A DNA stretch of 63,759 bases, the filler included, from an uncultured Acidimicrobiia bacterium (GTDB lineage Bacteria > Actinomycetota > Acidimicrobiia > Spongiisociales > JAOTWH01), in the NCBI GenBank assembly GCA_964347285.1. It is 4 parts of 4 records of this genome, joined end to end, with 100 filler letters (N's around TTAATTAATTAA, not from the genome) between each part and the next. Parts side by side here need not be neighbours in the genome. Positions count along the whole stretch, not along the records: positions 1 to 17,397 come from CAYFYE010000053.1; positions 17,498 to 34,702 come from CAYFYE010000054.1; 2 more parts are not named here. One strand, 5' to 3'. Positions within the stretch are counted from its first letter, which is position 1; each line of letters begins with the position of its first letter. The notes under the pieces are model-generated. The model was not told the origin of the DNA, ran no database searches, and was given only the letters and a program-made list of their open reading frames with translations. A program made the translations under genes and the position numbers. This document shows, in pieces, positions 8,605 through 18,148 of the stretch.

Positions 8605-10074
8605 TCACTCCTGCTCCAGGTTCAGCCAGCTCGACACCACCGCTGCCGCAATGGGAGCCGCCACCGAACCCCCGGTGGCTGCTTCCCCGGCCTCGCCACC
8701 GGATTCGACGAGCACGGCAAAGGCTATCGGGCCCCGCTCAGCCAGAGGGGCCGTGAATCCGATGAACCAGGCGTGGGGCGCCCGTTCCGGTATCTCGGCG
8801 GTCCCGGTCTTGCCGGCTACGCTCGCCCCGGCGACGGCGGCTTGCCTACCGGTTCCCGAAGTGACCACCTCCTCCATCAGCCCGGCCAGCACCCGGGCGG
8901 TGGCGGGACTGATCGCCCGTCGCCACTCGGTGGGCCCGGTCGTAGACGTAACCTCGCCGTCGGCATTGATGACTTCTTGCACCAGATAGGGCGTCATGAT
9001 CACGCCACCGTTGGCTACTGCAGCCGCCGCAAGTGCCATCTGTAACGGTGTGGCCCGAACGTCTCGCTGACCCAGGGCGGTTTGGGCCAGGGCCGGGTCG
9101 TCGTTGCGGAAGGCGGCGGCTTCGGGGATGACCGACTGGACCGCGTCCAAGTCGAACGGCACGTCCTGGTTGAAACCGAAGGCGGTGGCTCTCCCGACGA
9201 GGTCGCCGGCGCCGGTCTCCATACCGACCATGCCGAAGATCGTGTTGCACGACCGCACGAATGCCGTTTCCAGCGACACTCGATCGCCGGGGCCACACGG
9301 CTCGTCGTCGAAGTTACGGATGGTGGCGGTGGTGCCCGGAAGCTGAAGCTCGGCTGGGTTGGGGTAGGTGGTCTCCGGTCCGGCATTACCGGCCTCGATG
9401 GCAGAGGCGGCGGTCACCACTTTGAACGTCGATCCAGGTGGGTAGGTCTCTTGCAGGGAACGATTGAGCAGGGGACGGCCCGGATCGGCCTCCAGAGCCT
9501 CACCGGCCACGGTTGCATCAAGGCCGACCAGCAGATTCGGATCGAAGTCGGGCTTGGAGACCATGGCCAGGATCGCTCCGGTCGATGGGTCGATGACCAC
9601 CACGCTGCCGGCCCGATCCCCCAAAGCTTCGGAAGCGGCCTGCTGGAGGCCATGATTGATGGTGAGGCGCAGGCCGTGGGCGCGTAGGTCGTCCCCGGCC
9701 AAGGCCGACAGGAGCCCGGAAATCGTGGCGTCGCGCTCGGAGGAGAGTGTGCTCCCCCGGGCTTCTTCAACTCCCCGATCATCGAGGAGTGGGGAGGCGT
9801 ATCCGACCACGTGAGCGTAAAGGGCACCATGGGGATAGCTGCGTCGGTAGTAACGCGGGTCCTGGGGAGCGGCCACCGATTCAGCCACCACTACCCCGTC
9901 GGCTGTGATGATCCCTCCCCGCTCTCGGCCGGCTTGATCGAGAACCACTCGAGCATTGCGGGGGTCGTCGCGATAACGAGGGCCGGCGATCACCTGGGAG
10001 TAGGTGAGGCCGCCCACGAGCACAGCAAAGGCGACGAATAGGACGATCGCCAGGCGGCGCAGTGGCAGGTTCAC
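8605..10074 (-). CDS. pbpA: Class B penicillin-binding protein
   Basis: STFK, SCN, KTG motifs; start GTG (VNLPLRR) overlaps the rodA stop. Confidence 0.9.
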   Translation of the reverse strand: MNLPLRRLAIVLFVAFAVLVGGLTYSQVIAGPRYRDDPRNARVVLDQAGRERGGIITADGVVVAESVAAPQDPRYYRRSYPHGALYAHVVGYASPLLDDRGVEEARGSTLSSERDATISGLLSALAGDDLRAHGLRLTINHGLQQAASEALGDRAGSVVVIDPSTGAILAMVSKPDFDPNLLVGLDATVAGEALEADPGRPLLNRSLQETYPPGSTFKVVTAASAIEAGNAGPETTYPNPAELQLPGTTATIRNFDDEPCGPGDRVSLETAFVRSCNTIFGMVGMETGAGDLVGRATAFGFNQDVPFDLDAVQSVIPEAAAFRNDDPALAQTALGQRDVRATPLQMALAAAAVANGGVIMTPYLVQEVINADGEVTSTTGPTEWRRAISPATARVLAGLMEEVVTSGTGRQAAVAGASVAGKTGTAEIPERAPHAWFIGFTAPLAERGPIAFAVLVESGGEAGEAATGGSVAAPIAAAVVSSWLNLEQE

Positions 10075-11366
10075 GCCCTCTCCTCGTGCGAGATCCTCAG
10101 CAGAAGGGCCAGGACCACCATGTTGGCCAACAGCGATGAGCCGCCGTACGACATGAACGGCAGGGTGATGCCGGTGACCGGCAGCAAGCGGACCACGCCG
10201 GCCAGGATCAATACGGTCTGGATTGCCAACGTCAGCGTGAGCCCGGCCGCCAGCAGCTTGCGGAACAGGTTCCTGGCACGAAGGGCAACGCCGAGTCCGG
10301 CGGTGGTGAGCAAGGCAAAGGCGGCGACCACGGCTACCGCCCCGGCCAAACCGGTCTCCTCGGCCACGGCGGCAAAGACGTAGTCGGTGGCGGCGGCGGG
10401 GATCAGATCGGGCCGGCCCACACCGATCCCGGAGCCGGTGAGGGATCCGGAGCCGAGGGCAAACAACCCCTGGGCGGTCTGGAATCCGACGCCGAGGAAG
10501 TCGTCGAAGGGATGGAGCCATGCACTTACCCTGGCCTGCACGTGGTCGAACAGGAGGTAGGCCGCCGTTCCTCCACCGACCACGAGCACGAATCCGGCCC
10601 CCAAGTAGGCGTGGCGGGCCGTGGCGGCGTAGAGCATGGCGACGAACAGGGCGAACAAGAGCATCGAGGCGCCCAGGTCTCGCTGATAGATGAGGACGGC
10701 GAAGCTGAGGGCGAAAGCCAACAACACCGGAACGAGTTGGCGAGGCTCGGGGAGGTGAAGCGGACCGACCCGGCGACTCATCTGAGTCAGCGAGAGATAC
10801 CGCTCCGACAAGTAAGAGGCCAGGAAGATGACGATGAGGATCTTGGACAACTCGCCCGGCTGGAAGCTGAGGGGGGAGTCGAGGAACGGCAGATCGAGCC
10901 GCACCCAGAGGCGGGAGCCGTTGACGATGGCACCGTGCAGAGGCCAGGACTCGGGCAAGAGGGGGAGCAGCAGCAGTAGCAGCGCCCCGGTCAGGGTCAG
11001 ATACCGGTAGCGGCGCAGCACCGCCACCCCCCTGCCCCGCAAGAGGTAGAGAACGGCCGCCGCTCCCCCGGCCGAGACCAAGAGCCACCATCGCTGCGCC
11101 GAGCCGAGCCGCGGATCGATGCGGAACACTTCAGTGAATCCCACCGCGGTCAGCAAGGCGGCACTCGGCAGGAGGTAGGGAATGGCTGCCGAAGCCCACC
11201 GCCGCACTGCGATATGGAGGCCACCGAACGCAATCAAGAAGACCCCCAGCGTGAGAGCAACCTGGGCGTCGATTCCCTCCGATGCGGAGAACCTGACGAG
11301 GGTGACTCCCATAGCCGCCAGCACGGCGGCCAGCACGAGCAGCGAAGCTTCAGCGGCCTTGGTCAC
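10071..11366 (-). CDS. rodA: SEDS peptidoglycan glycosyltransferase
   Basis: FQPGELSK, QRDLG, TDYVF, PVTGITLPFMSYGGSS. Confidence 0.95.
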   Translation of the reverse strand: MTKAAEASLLVLAAVLAAMGVTLVRFSASEGIDAQVALTLGVFLIAFGGLHIAVRRWASAAIPYLLPSAALLTAVGFTEVFRIDPRLGSAQRWWLLVSAGGAAAVLYLLRGRGVAVLRRYRYLTLTGALLLLLLPLLPESWPLHGAIVNGSRLWVRLDLPFLDSPLSFQPGELSKILIVIFLASYLSERYLSLTQMSRRVGPLHLPEPRQLVPVLLAFALSFAVLIYQRDLGASMLLFALFVAMLYAATARHAYLGAGFVLVVGGGTAAYLLFDHVQARVSAWLHPFDDFLGVGFQTAQGLFALGSGSLTGSGIGVGRPDLIPAAATDYVFAAVAEETGLAGAVAVVAAFALLTTAGLGVALRARNLFRKLLAAGLTLTLAIQTVLILAGVVRLLPVTGITLPFMSYGGSSLLANMVVLALLLRISHEERA

Positions 11367-12073
11367 GCTGCCACATCGACGAGGGCCACGGTCACGTTGT
11401 CCTCGCCGCCGGCGTTGTTGGCCGCCTCTATCAAAGTCCAGACCGTTTCTTCGGGAGGCTCTCCCTCGGACAGGAAGGCGGCGATCTCGGAGTCGGTCAG
11501 CATTCCGGTGAGGCCGTCGGAGCAGAGCAGTATCCGGTCCCCCGGCATCAGCTCCTTGGTCAGCGTGTCGACTGCCAGGGTCTTGGCCATACCCACGACC
11601 CGGGTCAATAGGTTGCGTTGGGGATGGTGCTCGGCCTCGGTGGGCGTCAAGCGGCCCTGGGCCACCAGCTGGGCAACGTAGGTGTGGTCGGTGGTGAGCT
11701 GCTGGAACTCGCCTCCTCGATACAGGTAGGCCCGGCTGTCTCCGACGTGGGCGAGCTCGAGTTGCCCGCTCTCAGCGAAGATGCCCAGGGTCAGCGTGGT
11801 GCCCATGCCGGCCAAGTCGGGGTTTTCGACGATCGCCTCCACCACGGTCGTGTTGGCTGCGGTGATCCGCTCGGCCGGCGTCCCCTGAGTAGCCACGGCG
11901 GAATCGATGGCAAGGCGACTGGCTATCTCTCCTCCCACGTGTCCGCCGAGGCCGTCGGCCACCGCAATCACCGCAGGTCCGGGTCCACTGCCGGGCTCGG
12001 CGGGGTGAACGGCATCCTCGTTGTTGGGTCGCAGCCGGCCGAGGTGCGAGGCACCCGCCCACAGGTAGTTCAC
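11363..12073 (-). CDS. pstP: PP2C-family Ser/Thr phosphatase (cytosolic domain only)
   Basis: NED, VADGLGG, HVGDSRAY, CSDGL, GGEDN. Confidence 0.92.
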   Translation of the reverse strand: MNYLWAGASHLGRLRPNNEDAVHPAEPGSGPGPAVIAVADGLGGHVGGEIASRLAIDSAVATQGTPAERITAANTTVVEAIVENPDLAGMGTTLTLGIFAESGQLELAHVGDSRAYLYRGGEFQQLTTDHTYVAQLVAQGRLTPTEAEHHPQRNLLTRVVGMAKTLAVDTLTKELMPGDRILLCSDGLTGMLTDSEIAAFLSEGEPPEETVWTLIEAANNAGGEDNVTVALVDVAA

Positions 12074-12483
12074 CTCACCTCCATGATCGTCTTGCCGACT
12101 TGGACGGCATCGCCCTGACTGAGGGCCACCGGTGAGGTGACCCGGCGTCCATTGACATAAGTGCCGTTGGTGCTGCCCAGATCGTGGACCACGATGTGTC
12201 CGTCCTGCGTGCCGAAACGGAGATGGAAGTCGGAGGCATAGGGGTCGTGGAGCGTCACATCGGCGTCGTCACTCCTGCCCACCACCACTCCATCTTTGAC
12301 CGCGAAGCGCAGCCCGGCCTGATCGTCGGAACGTACCACCACGACGTCGGCACCGGCCCGGGCATGTCGCCGGGCCTCGGATCCACCGATGTGGGCGCCT
12401 ATGGCCCGGGCCAGTTGCCAGAGGAACAGGTAGATCAGAGCGAGGAATATCAGCTTGAGGATGTTCAGGAAGAGTGCCGGCAT
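12070..12483 (-). CDS. fhaB: Membrane-anchored FHA domain protein
   Basis: N-terminal TM; GR, SxxH, DLGSTNGT FHA motifs. Confidence 0.88.
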   Translation of the reverse strand: MPALFLNILKLIFLALIYLFLWQLARAIGAHIGGSEARRHARAGADVVVVRSDDQAGLRFAVKDGVVVGRSDDADVTLHDPYASDFHLRFGTQDGHIVVHDLGSTNGTYVNGRRVTSPVALSQGDAVQVGKTIMEVR

Positions 12484-12490
12484 GTCGCTC

Positions 12491-13150
12491 CTAAGCGGGG
12501 AGGAACGTGAAGGATGCCGGACCGAAGGTTAGGGCGTCCCCAAACTCGAGGGCCTCCACCGTCTGAACCGCCCGACCGTTGATCCACGTGCCGTTGGCCG
12601 AACCGAGATCGGCGATCCACGACGCGCTGCCCTCCCGCCAGATCAGCGCATGGCGACGAGAGATCTCCGGTTGCCCTAGTCGGATGTCGGCCTCGTCGGA
12701 GCGGCCGACGAGGCAGCGGTTGTGGCGGATCTCGTAACGCTGGTCACCGTGCCGGCCCTCGAGAAGGGCCCACGATCCCAACGAAGCGACGGCCCTAGAA
12801 GCGGCCACCTCCAATGAGCCCGGACTCAGGGCCGTGTCGGTGACGATCTCGACGACGACCTGCCCTTCTAGTCGCCAGCCCTGCTGGGCGGCGGTCTGCT
12901 CGACCGCAGCTGCCAACTCGGCGCACAAGGCCTCGGGGGCCTGGTCGGTCCCCAGATCCCCGGCACTGATGCGGATGCCGAAGACATTGGGCGCAGTCGG
13001 GCCGGCCGGACCCTCCACCAGGGCGAGATCGGCCTCCCGGATCACGCGATTTGCCAGCTCCGAGGCCTGTACCCTCCCAGGGAACAAGCGGCCGGCCAGC
13101 CCGTCGACGAGACGCTCGAGCCTGCGCTCGATGTTCCGAGCCAGGTTCAT
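12491..13150 (-). CDS. fhaA: DUF3662 + FHA domain protein
   Basis: Start MNLARNIERRLERLV; C-terminal GR..SRRH..DLGSANGT. Confidence 0.88.
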   Translation of the reverse strand: MNLARNIERRLERLVDGLAGRLFPGRVQASELANRVIREADLALVEGPAGPTAPNVFGIRISAGDLGTDQAPEALCAELAAAVEQTAAQQGWRLEGQVVVEIVTDTALSPGSLEVAASRAVASLGSWALLEGRHGDQRYEIRHNRCLVGRSDEADIRLGQPEISRRHALIWREGSASWIADLGSANGTWINGRAVQTVEALEFGDALTFGPASFTFLPA

Positions 13151-13210
13151 TCGATGGATTGTACGGGCAAGCTTTGGGCCGCCGACCGCTGCTAACGTTT
13201 CGCATCCCAC

Positions 13211-13295
<85 letters not shown>

Positions 13296-13299
13296 CCCG

Positions 13300-14298
13300 A
13301 TGGCCTATCCGCTACCCACTGTGCGGCGGCGGCGTCGACGACGCATCTGGATGGTGCTCACCGCAGCCGCAGTCGCACTGTTGGTCTTGGCACTGGCCGT
13401 CCGGTTCATCTCAGAACGCCGCAAGGTGACAGACTTCCTCGACGCGGCCCGCGAGGCCGCCGTGATGTTCGACGGGCTGGCCGTGCGCGCCGACACACTG
13501 GTCGGCGGCCTGGAAAGTGCCGATCGAGCCTCGATCCTCTCGGTGCTGGAGGAGACCGTCATTGAAGCGGCCGTTGCCCAGGAATCCCTGGCAGCCACCG
13601 AAATGCCCGAGGAAGTGGTGATTCCGGGAGGCTTCCTCAACGTGGCCGTCACCTCCTGGCGGATCGGCCTGGGTCAGCTCCACGAGGGGGTGGTGGACGT
13701 GCTCGACGATCCGGCCGACATGGAGGGCCACACCCTGCTTGCCAATGCATTTCTGAACTTCCGCGTGGGAGACCGGGCCTACACCCAGTTCCTTCTGGCA
13801 GTCCAAGAGGTTGAAGAGGCCGCCGATCGAACCTACCCGGAGTTCCTGTTCGTCCCTCCCGAGTTGGAGGGGCGCTACGACGCCACACTGGTGACCGAGA
13901 GGTTGAGCGCTCTCGAACGGCTGACGATCCAGCACGATCTGGCCGTTGCCGATGTTCGCTTCGATCCGGCACCGGCCGGGGATCGCGATGGACGCATGGT
14001 GATCCCCTTCTCGCCGTCCCTGAGCGTGGAGGTCACGGTGGTCAACCGGGGCAATGAGCCGGAGGCGAACATCCCGACCCGGTTGCTCCTCGTCGGCCTG
14101 GGGACCGACCTACGTCACGAGCGAACCCAGACCCTCGAGGGTCTCGAACCGGGTGAAGCGGTGACCCTCACATTCCCGGGTCTTCCCGTCGAGCCCGGTC
14201 AGTTCTATGAGGTGGTGTTGACCGTCGACCTGGCCGGTGACGAGGACCCGAGCAGCAATCAGTACTCGGAATCGTTCTATCGAAACGACTCGGCATGA
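13300..14298 (+). CDS. Membrane-anchored protein with a helical region and C-terminal CARDB/Ig-like domain
   Basis: RRRRRRR followed by TM; DLAV..VTVVNRGNEPE..LEPGE..NQY. Confidence 0.7.
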   Translation: MAYPLPTVRRRRRRRIWMVLTAAAVALLVLALAVRFISERRKVTDFLDAAREAAVMFDGLAVRADTLVGGLESADRASILSVLEETVIEAAVAQESLAATEMPEEVVIPGGFLNVAVTSWRIGLGQLHEGVVDVLDDPADMEGHTLLANAFLNFRVGDRAYTQFLLAVQEVEEAADRTYPEFLFVPPELEGRYDATLVTERLSALERLTIQHDLAVADVRFDPAPAGDRDGRMVIPFSPSLSVEVTVVNRGNEPEANIPTRLLLVGLGTDLRHERTQTLEGLEPGEAVTLTFPGLPVEPGQFYEVVLTVDLAGDEDPSSNQYSESFYRNDSA

Positions 14299-14753
14299 CG
14301 GTTGCCTTCCTCACCCTCGTCATCGCCACTTCCATCATTGTGGGCTGGCTGGCATACGAGGTGTTTCGTCTCAAGGCGAGAGTCGAGACCGTCCCCGAGG
14401 AGGGCGGTGTCTTCGAAGCCTTGCGTCGCCTTGATGTCGACCTGGCACAAGTGGAGGAGGTGGTCGAAGATCTCCACCCACGGTTTCTGGAAGTCGAGCG
14501 CCGTTTGCCGACCGCCGTGCAGCACACCGCTGTGGTTTCCTACGATGCCTTTGGGGATGTGGGCGGCCGCCTTTCTCGTTCCATAGCTCTCCTCAACCAA
14601 GGCGGCGACGGCATCGTGCTCTCGCTCCTCGTCGGCCGCCAGGACACCAGGTTCTTCACGAAAGAAGTCCGCGGCGGCCGGGGCACCGAGCCCTTGTCGC
14701 CGGAAGAGTCGCAGGCGGTGGCCCGGGCCCTCTCCGGTACGATGCCGCCATGA
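14295..14753 (+). CDS. DUF4446-family protein
   Basis: TM, coiled coil, YDAFGDVGGRLSRSIALL, LSPEE. Confidence 0.8.
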   Translation: MTVAFLTLVIATSIIVGWLAYEVFRLKARVETVPEEGGVFEALRRLDVDLAQVEEVVEDLHPRFLEVERRLPTAVQHTAVVSYDAFGDVGGRLSRSIALLNQGGDGIVLSLLVGRQDTRFFTKEVRGGRGTEPLSPEESQAVARALSGTMPP

Positions 14754-16012
14754 TCGATGTGGCGCTGTTGCGGGACGCTCCTGAGGTGCTCGAGGCGTCG
14801 CTGGCGCGACGTGGACAACAGGGGATCGACGTCGGCACGCTTCAGGAACTCGATCAGGGGAGGCGCCGGGCCCGTGCCCATGCCGAGGAGCTCCGGTCGG
14901 AGCAGAAATCGTTGGGCAAGCGCATCGTCGGTCTGGAAGGTGCCGAACGCGACCAAGCCATCGAGAGGGCCGCAAGATTATCCGACGAGTACAAGGCGGC
15001 GCTCGCCGAGGCCGACGGCCTCGATCGCCGGTTCGAAGAGCTGTGGATCCTCGTGCCCAATCTGCCCCACCCCTCGGTGCCGGACGGTGAGGGCGAGGAG
15101 GACAACGTGGAGCTCCGCCTCTGGGGAGAGGTGCCCCACTTCGACTTCGAAGCAAAGGACCATCTCGACTTGGGAGAGACGCTGGGGGTCATCGACATGG
15201 AGCGGGCCGCCAAGACTTCGGGGACCCGGTTCGGGTATCTGAAGGGCAAAGCAGCCCTGCTCGAGTTCGCTCTGGTCCGATGGGCCCTCGACCGTCTGAC
15301 GGCTCAAGGTTTCGAGCCGGTGGTGCCCCCGGTGCTGGTGCGGGAGCCGGCCGTTTTCGGCACCGGCTTCTTCCCCGGAGATAGAGACCAGGTGTACGCC
15401 ATCGAGGCCGACGAGCTGTACCTGGCCGGCACAGCTGAGATCCCATTGGCGGCCATGCATCAAGACGAGATCCTTGAAGCCGACCAACTGCCGCTGCGGT
15501 ATGCCGGATTCTCGACCTGCTTTCGGCGGGAGGCGGGCGCCTACGGCAAGGACTCCAGAGGGATCTTCAGGGTGCATCAGTTCGACAAGGTCGAGATGTT
15601 CTCTTTTTGTCATCCGGAGAGGTCGTGGGAAGAGCACGACTTTCTTCTCGGGAGAGAGGAGGCACTCGTCCAGGAATTGGGTATCCCCTACCGGGTCGTG
15701 AACGTGTGTGTCGGGGACCTCGGAGCGTCGGCGGCCAAGAAGTACGACATAGAAGCTTGGTTTCCGTCGCAGGCCCGCTACCGGGAGCTGACGTCATGCT
15801 CCAATACCACCGATTTCCAGGCGCGCCGCCTGCGGGTGCGCTTCCGCAGCGAGGACGGCACCGCACTGGCCCATACGCTCAACGGAACGGCGGTGGCCAT
15901 CGGGCGCACGCTGGCTGCGATCATCGAGAACTTCCAGGCGGGTGACGGGACCGTCACCATTCCCGAAGTGCTCCGGCCCTACGCCGGTTTCGAGGTCATG
16001 ACACCGGCGTGA
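14750..16012 (+). CDS. serS: Serine--tRNA ligase
   Basis: N-terminal coiled arm, GTAE, FRREAG, RVHQFDKVE, ELTSCSN, HTLNGT. Confidence 0.97.
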   Translation: MIDVALLRDAPEVLEASLARRGQQGIDVGTLQELDQGRRRARAHAEELRSEQKSLGKRIVGLEGAERDQAIERAARLSDEYKAALAEADGLDRRFEELWILVPNLPHPSVPDGEGEEDNVELRLWGEVPHFDFEAKDHLDLGETLGVIDMERAAKTSGTRFGYLKGKAALLEFALVRWALDRLTAQGFEPVVPPVLVREPAVFGTGFFPGDRDQVYAIEADELYLAGTAEIPLAAMHQDEILEADQLPLRYAGFSTCFRREAGAYGKDSRGIFRVHQFDKVEMFSFCHPERSWEEHDFLLGREEALVQELGIPYRVVNVCVGDLGASAAKKYDIEAWFPSQARYRELTSCSNTTDFQARRLRVRFRSEDGTALAHTLNGTAVAIGRTLAAIIENFQAGDGTVTIPEVLRPYAGFEVMTPA

Positions 16013-16635
16013 GCGGGGGAACGGTCTTTGCTCGCATCGCCCGCCGCTACGACCGACTCAACGCTCTCCTGTCACTGGGACGTGACGGAGCCTGGCGGCG
16101 AAGGGCCATCGGCCATCTGCCTCCGGGATTGATCCTTGATCTCGGCGGTGGCACCGGGGCGGCCAATCGCCTGATGAGCGACAGGGATACGGTCGCCCTC
16201 GATCCGGCCTTCGAGATGCTCGACATCAACCCGGCGGCGCTGCGGGTGGTCGGCATAGGTGAGCAACTCCCGTTTCGAGATGCCGTGTTCGACGGCGTCT
16301 TCTCGGCATTCGTCTTTCGCAATCTCGATTCGGTCCCCAAGACGCTGGCCGAACTGGCCCGGGTGTTGCGATACGGAGGGGTGGCAGTGGTCGTAGATCT
16401 GGGCCGACCTCCGGGCCGGCTGCGCGCCCAATTGCACCGGGCGGGAACTGCCGTCGTCCTGCCGGTGGCCGGTTCGACGATCGGAGCCCGGGGTGAGTAC
16501 ACCTACTTGCACCGCAGCCTGGACCGGCACCCGCCCCCCGAGAAACTACTTGCCGGCGGTCCGCTGCGCCTGGACCATATCTGGCGGATGGGCCCCATGG
16601 GATTCGTTTGGGGAGCGGTACTTCGCAACGCCTGA
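16009..16635 (+). CDS. Class I SAM methyltransferase (UbiE/MenG-like)
   Basis: FARIARRYDRLNALLS, LDLGGGTG, LPFRD, FVFRN. Confidence 0.8.
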   Translation: MSGGTVFARIARRYDRLNALLSLGRDGAWRRRAIGHLPPGLILDLGGGTGAANRLMSDRDTVALDPAFEMLDINPAALRVVGIGEQLPFRDAVFDGVFSAFVFRNLDSVPKTLAELARVLRYGGVAVVVDLGRPPGRLRAQLHRAGTAVVLPVAGSTIGARGEYTYLHRSLDRHPPPEKLLAGGPLRLDHIWRMGPMGFVWGAVLRNA

Positions 16636-16680
16636 CTTCGTGGCACCGACGCCGCTCTGTGCAGGGCGGGTCCGGTTGGG

Positions 16681-16955
16681 CGACCGTGCACCCCGCCTTC
16701 GAGCTCGGCCCCTCGGCGCATTCCGGGTCGCCGGCTCCTGCCAGGCACCCCTGCGGCACCCGGAGCGGTCCGCTTAGGGCTGCTTCCTTCCGGACCTGAC
16801 CCGGTTCACGGGCGCTCCGCCGCGCAGGACCCGGCACTCGACACCACGTGCCCGGCGCCGTCCCGAAGGGTGTTCGCCCTCGGGCGGGGAATTCGGCCCC
16901 GCATCGAGAGGGTTTCGGGTGCAGGGCACCCCTAGCGCCCCGCTTAGCACGGTCG
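16681..16955 (-). ncRNA. ffs: Signal recognition particle RNA, large (Alu-containing) type
   Basis: Helix 8 GTCAGGTCCGGAAGGAAGCAGC; 5' CCGTGCTAAGCGGGG..TAG.GGTGCCCTG.ACCCG resembles the Bacillus scr Alu domain; terminal CGACCGTGC/GCACGGTCG helix. Confidence 0.9.
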
Positions 16956-17020
16956 GCGCCATCGTAGGCCGGAAGACGGAAGGCAAGAAACGGTCCACCA
17001 CCCGTAGGGTGGTGTCAATG

Positions 17021-17111
17021 CGGAGGGAGTGGGATTTGAACCCACGAGGCGGCTCACATCGCAAACACGCTTTCCAAGCGTGCGCACTCGGCCAGACTAT
17101 GCGATCCCTCC
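17021..17111 (-). tRNA. tRNA-Ser(GGA)
   Basis: GGAGGGATCGCATAG...CACGC TTGGAAA GCGTG, long variable arm, GGTTCAAATCC. Confidence 0.93.
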
Positions 17112-17137
17112 TCGGCGCGAGATTGTAGGGGCATGAC

Positions 17138-17397
17138 ATGGAGCGGACTCGACTGGAAGCGGCCATGGCGCGGGCTCTGAGTGAAGCGCGTTCAGCCCTC
17201 CGGCACGGAGACGTGCCGATTGGTGCCGTACTGCTGTCTGGAGCCGGCGGTGTTGTGGCTGCCGACCACAATCGCAAGGAGCAGATGGGCGATCCCACCG
17301 CTCACGCCGAGATGCTGGTGATCTCGACGGCGGCCCGCGCCCACGGCTCGTGGCGCCTCGACGGCCACACGCTCGTGGTGACGCTCGAGCCATGCCC
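17138..17397 (+). CDS. tadA: tRNA adenosine deaminase (partial, cut by contig end)
   Basis: DVPIGAV, DPTAHAE, TLEPC. Confidence 0.88.
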
Positions 17398-17497
17398 NNN
17401 NNNNNNNNNNNNNNNNNNNNNNNNNNNNNNNNNNNNNNNNNTTAATTAATTAANNNNNNNNNNNNNNNNNNNNNNNNNNNNNNNNNNNNNNNNNNNN
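17398..17497. other. Artificial contig linker
   Basis: N-run containing TTAATTAATTAA (stops in all six frames). Confidence 0.97.
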
Positions 17498-17937
17498 TAT
17501 CGGGGTTCTCTGGCAGCGCAAGCAGGGTCATCCAGCGGTCGGGCCGGCCACGCGTGCGACCCGATTGTCATCCACGGCCCTGGGCCTGCGGGCCCGACGT
17601 CCCAGGTCATACTCGACGGCGGGCGGATACGCGGCATTGTGGACATAGACGGAGCCGGCCTCGGTCGACGGTCCGACGACCTCGCCACGCTGCTGGGTCA
17701 TGTCCACACGCTCGGTCTCGAGTCGCCGCGTTCCGACGCCATTTTCAGGTCCGGCGCCGGGTTGATCGACGCGTTCGATACCGAGGTGGATGGGCGTGCC
17801 CTTCGCCTGCGAGTCGCCGGGGCTTTGTTGGGATTTGCCACGGGACCCTTCCGCGTCCAGCAGGCGGACTGGCCCGCGGCCACGGCGCTCGCGTTGAGGC
17901 GGCGCTGCGATGGGTGGAGAGCGCAGCCGGCGCATAG
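17498..17937 (+). pseudogene. Aminoglycoside-phosphotransferase-like kinase C-terminus, partial and apparently frameshifted
   Basis: VIHG...QVILDGGRIRGIVDIDGAGLG..DDLA..L.H; the natural C-terminus RVEAALRWVESAAGA* is in another frame from ~17885. Confidence 0.5.
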
Positions 17938-18148
17938 CGGACCGGGTAGTGATTTCCCCGGTCAACACCCGCAGCTGACACCCGGTCGGAGGAGGGGTGG
18001 GCGGACGCATAACTCTTCGGTCCCAGGTCCGGCGGTCGTTTCCCGAGGCGTCAGATTGTGCTGGCTCTACGGAAGGCGTCGGCACAGATCGAGCTGTTGT
18101 CAACCGGAGCCCTGCCCCCAACAGCCTCGGGGCCTAGAGTCGATCGCG

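Noticed and set aside
8605..11091. 828-aa PBP with a long N-terminal extension
   Set aside because: The extension is an off-frame read of rodA; the real start is GTG 10074
17442..17453. TTAATTAATTAA repeated inside N-runs (also near 34747 and 52023)
   Set aside because: Contig-concatenation linker, not biological; synteny across these points is meaningless
17940..18148. Guanidine riboswitch upstream of the ureohydrolase
   Set aside because: I could not find ykkC, tandem ACGR-loop hairpin or class III consensus elements
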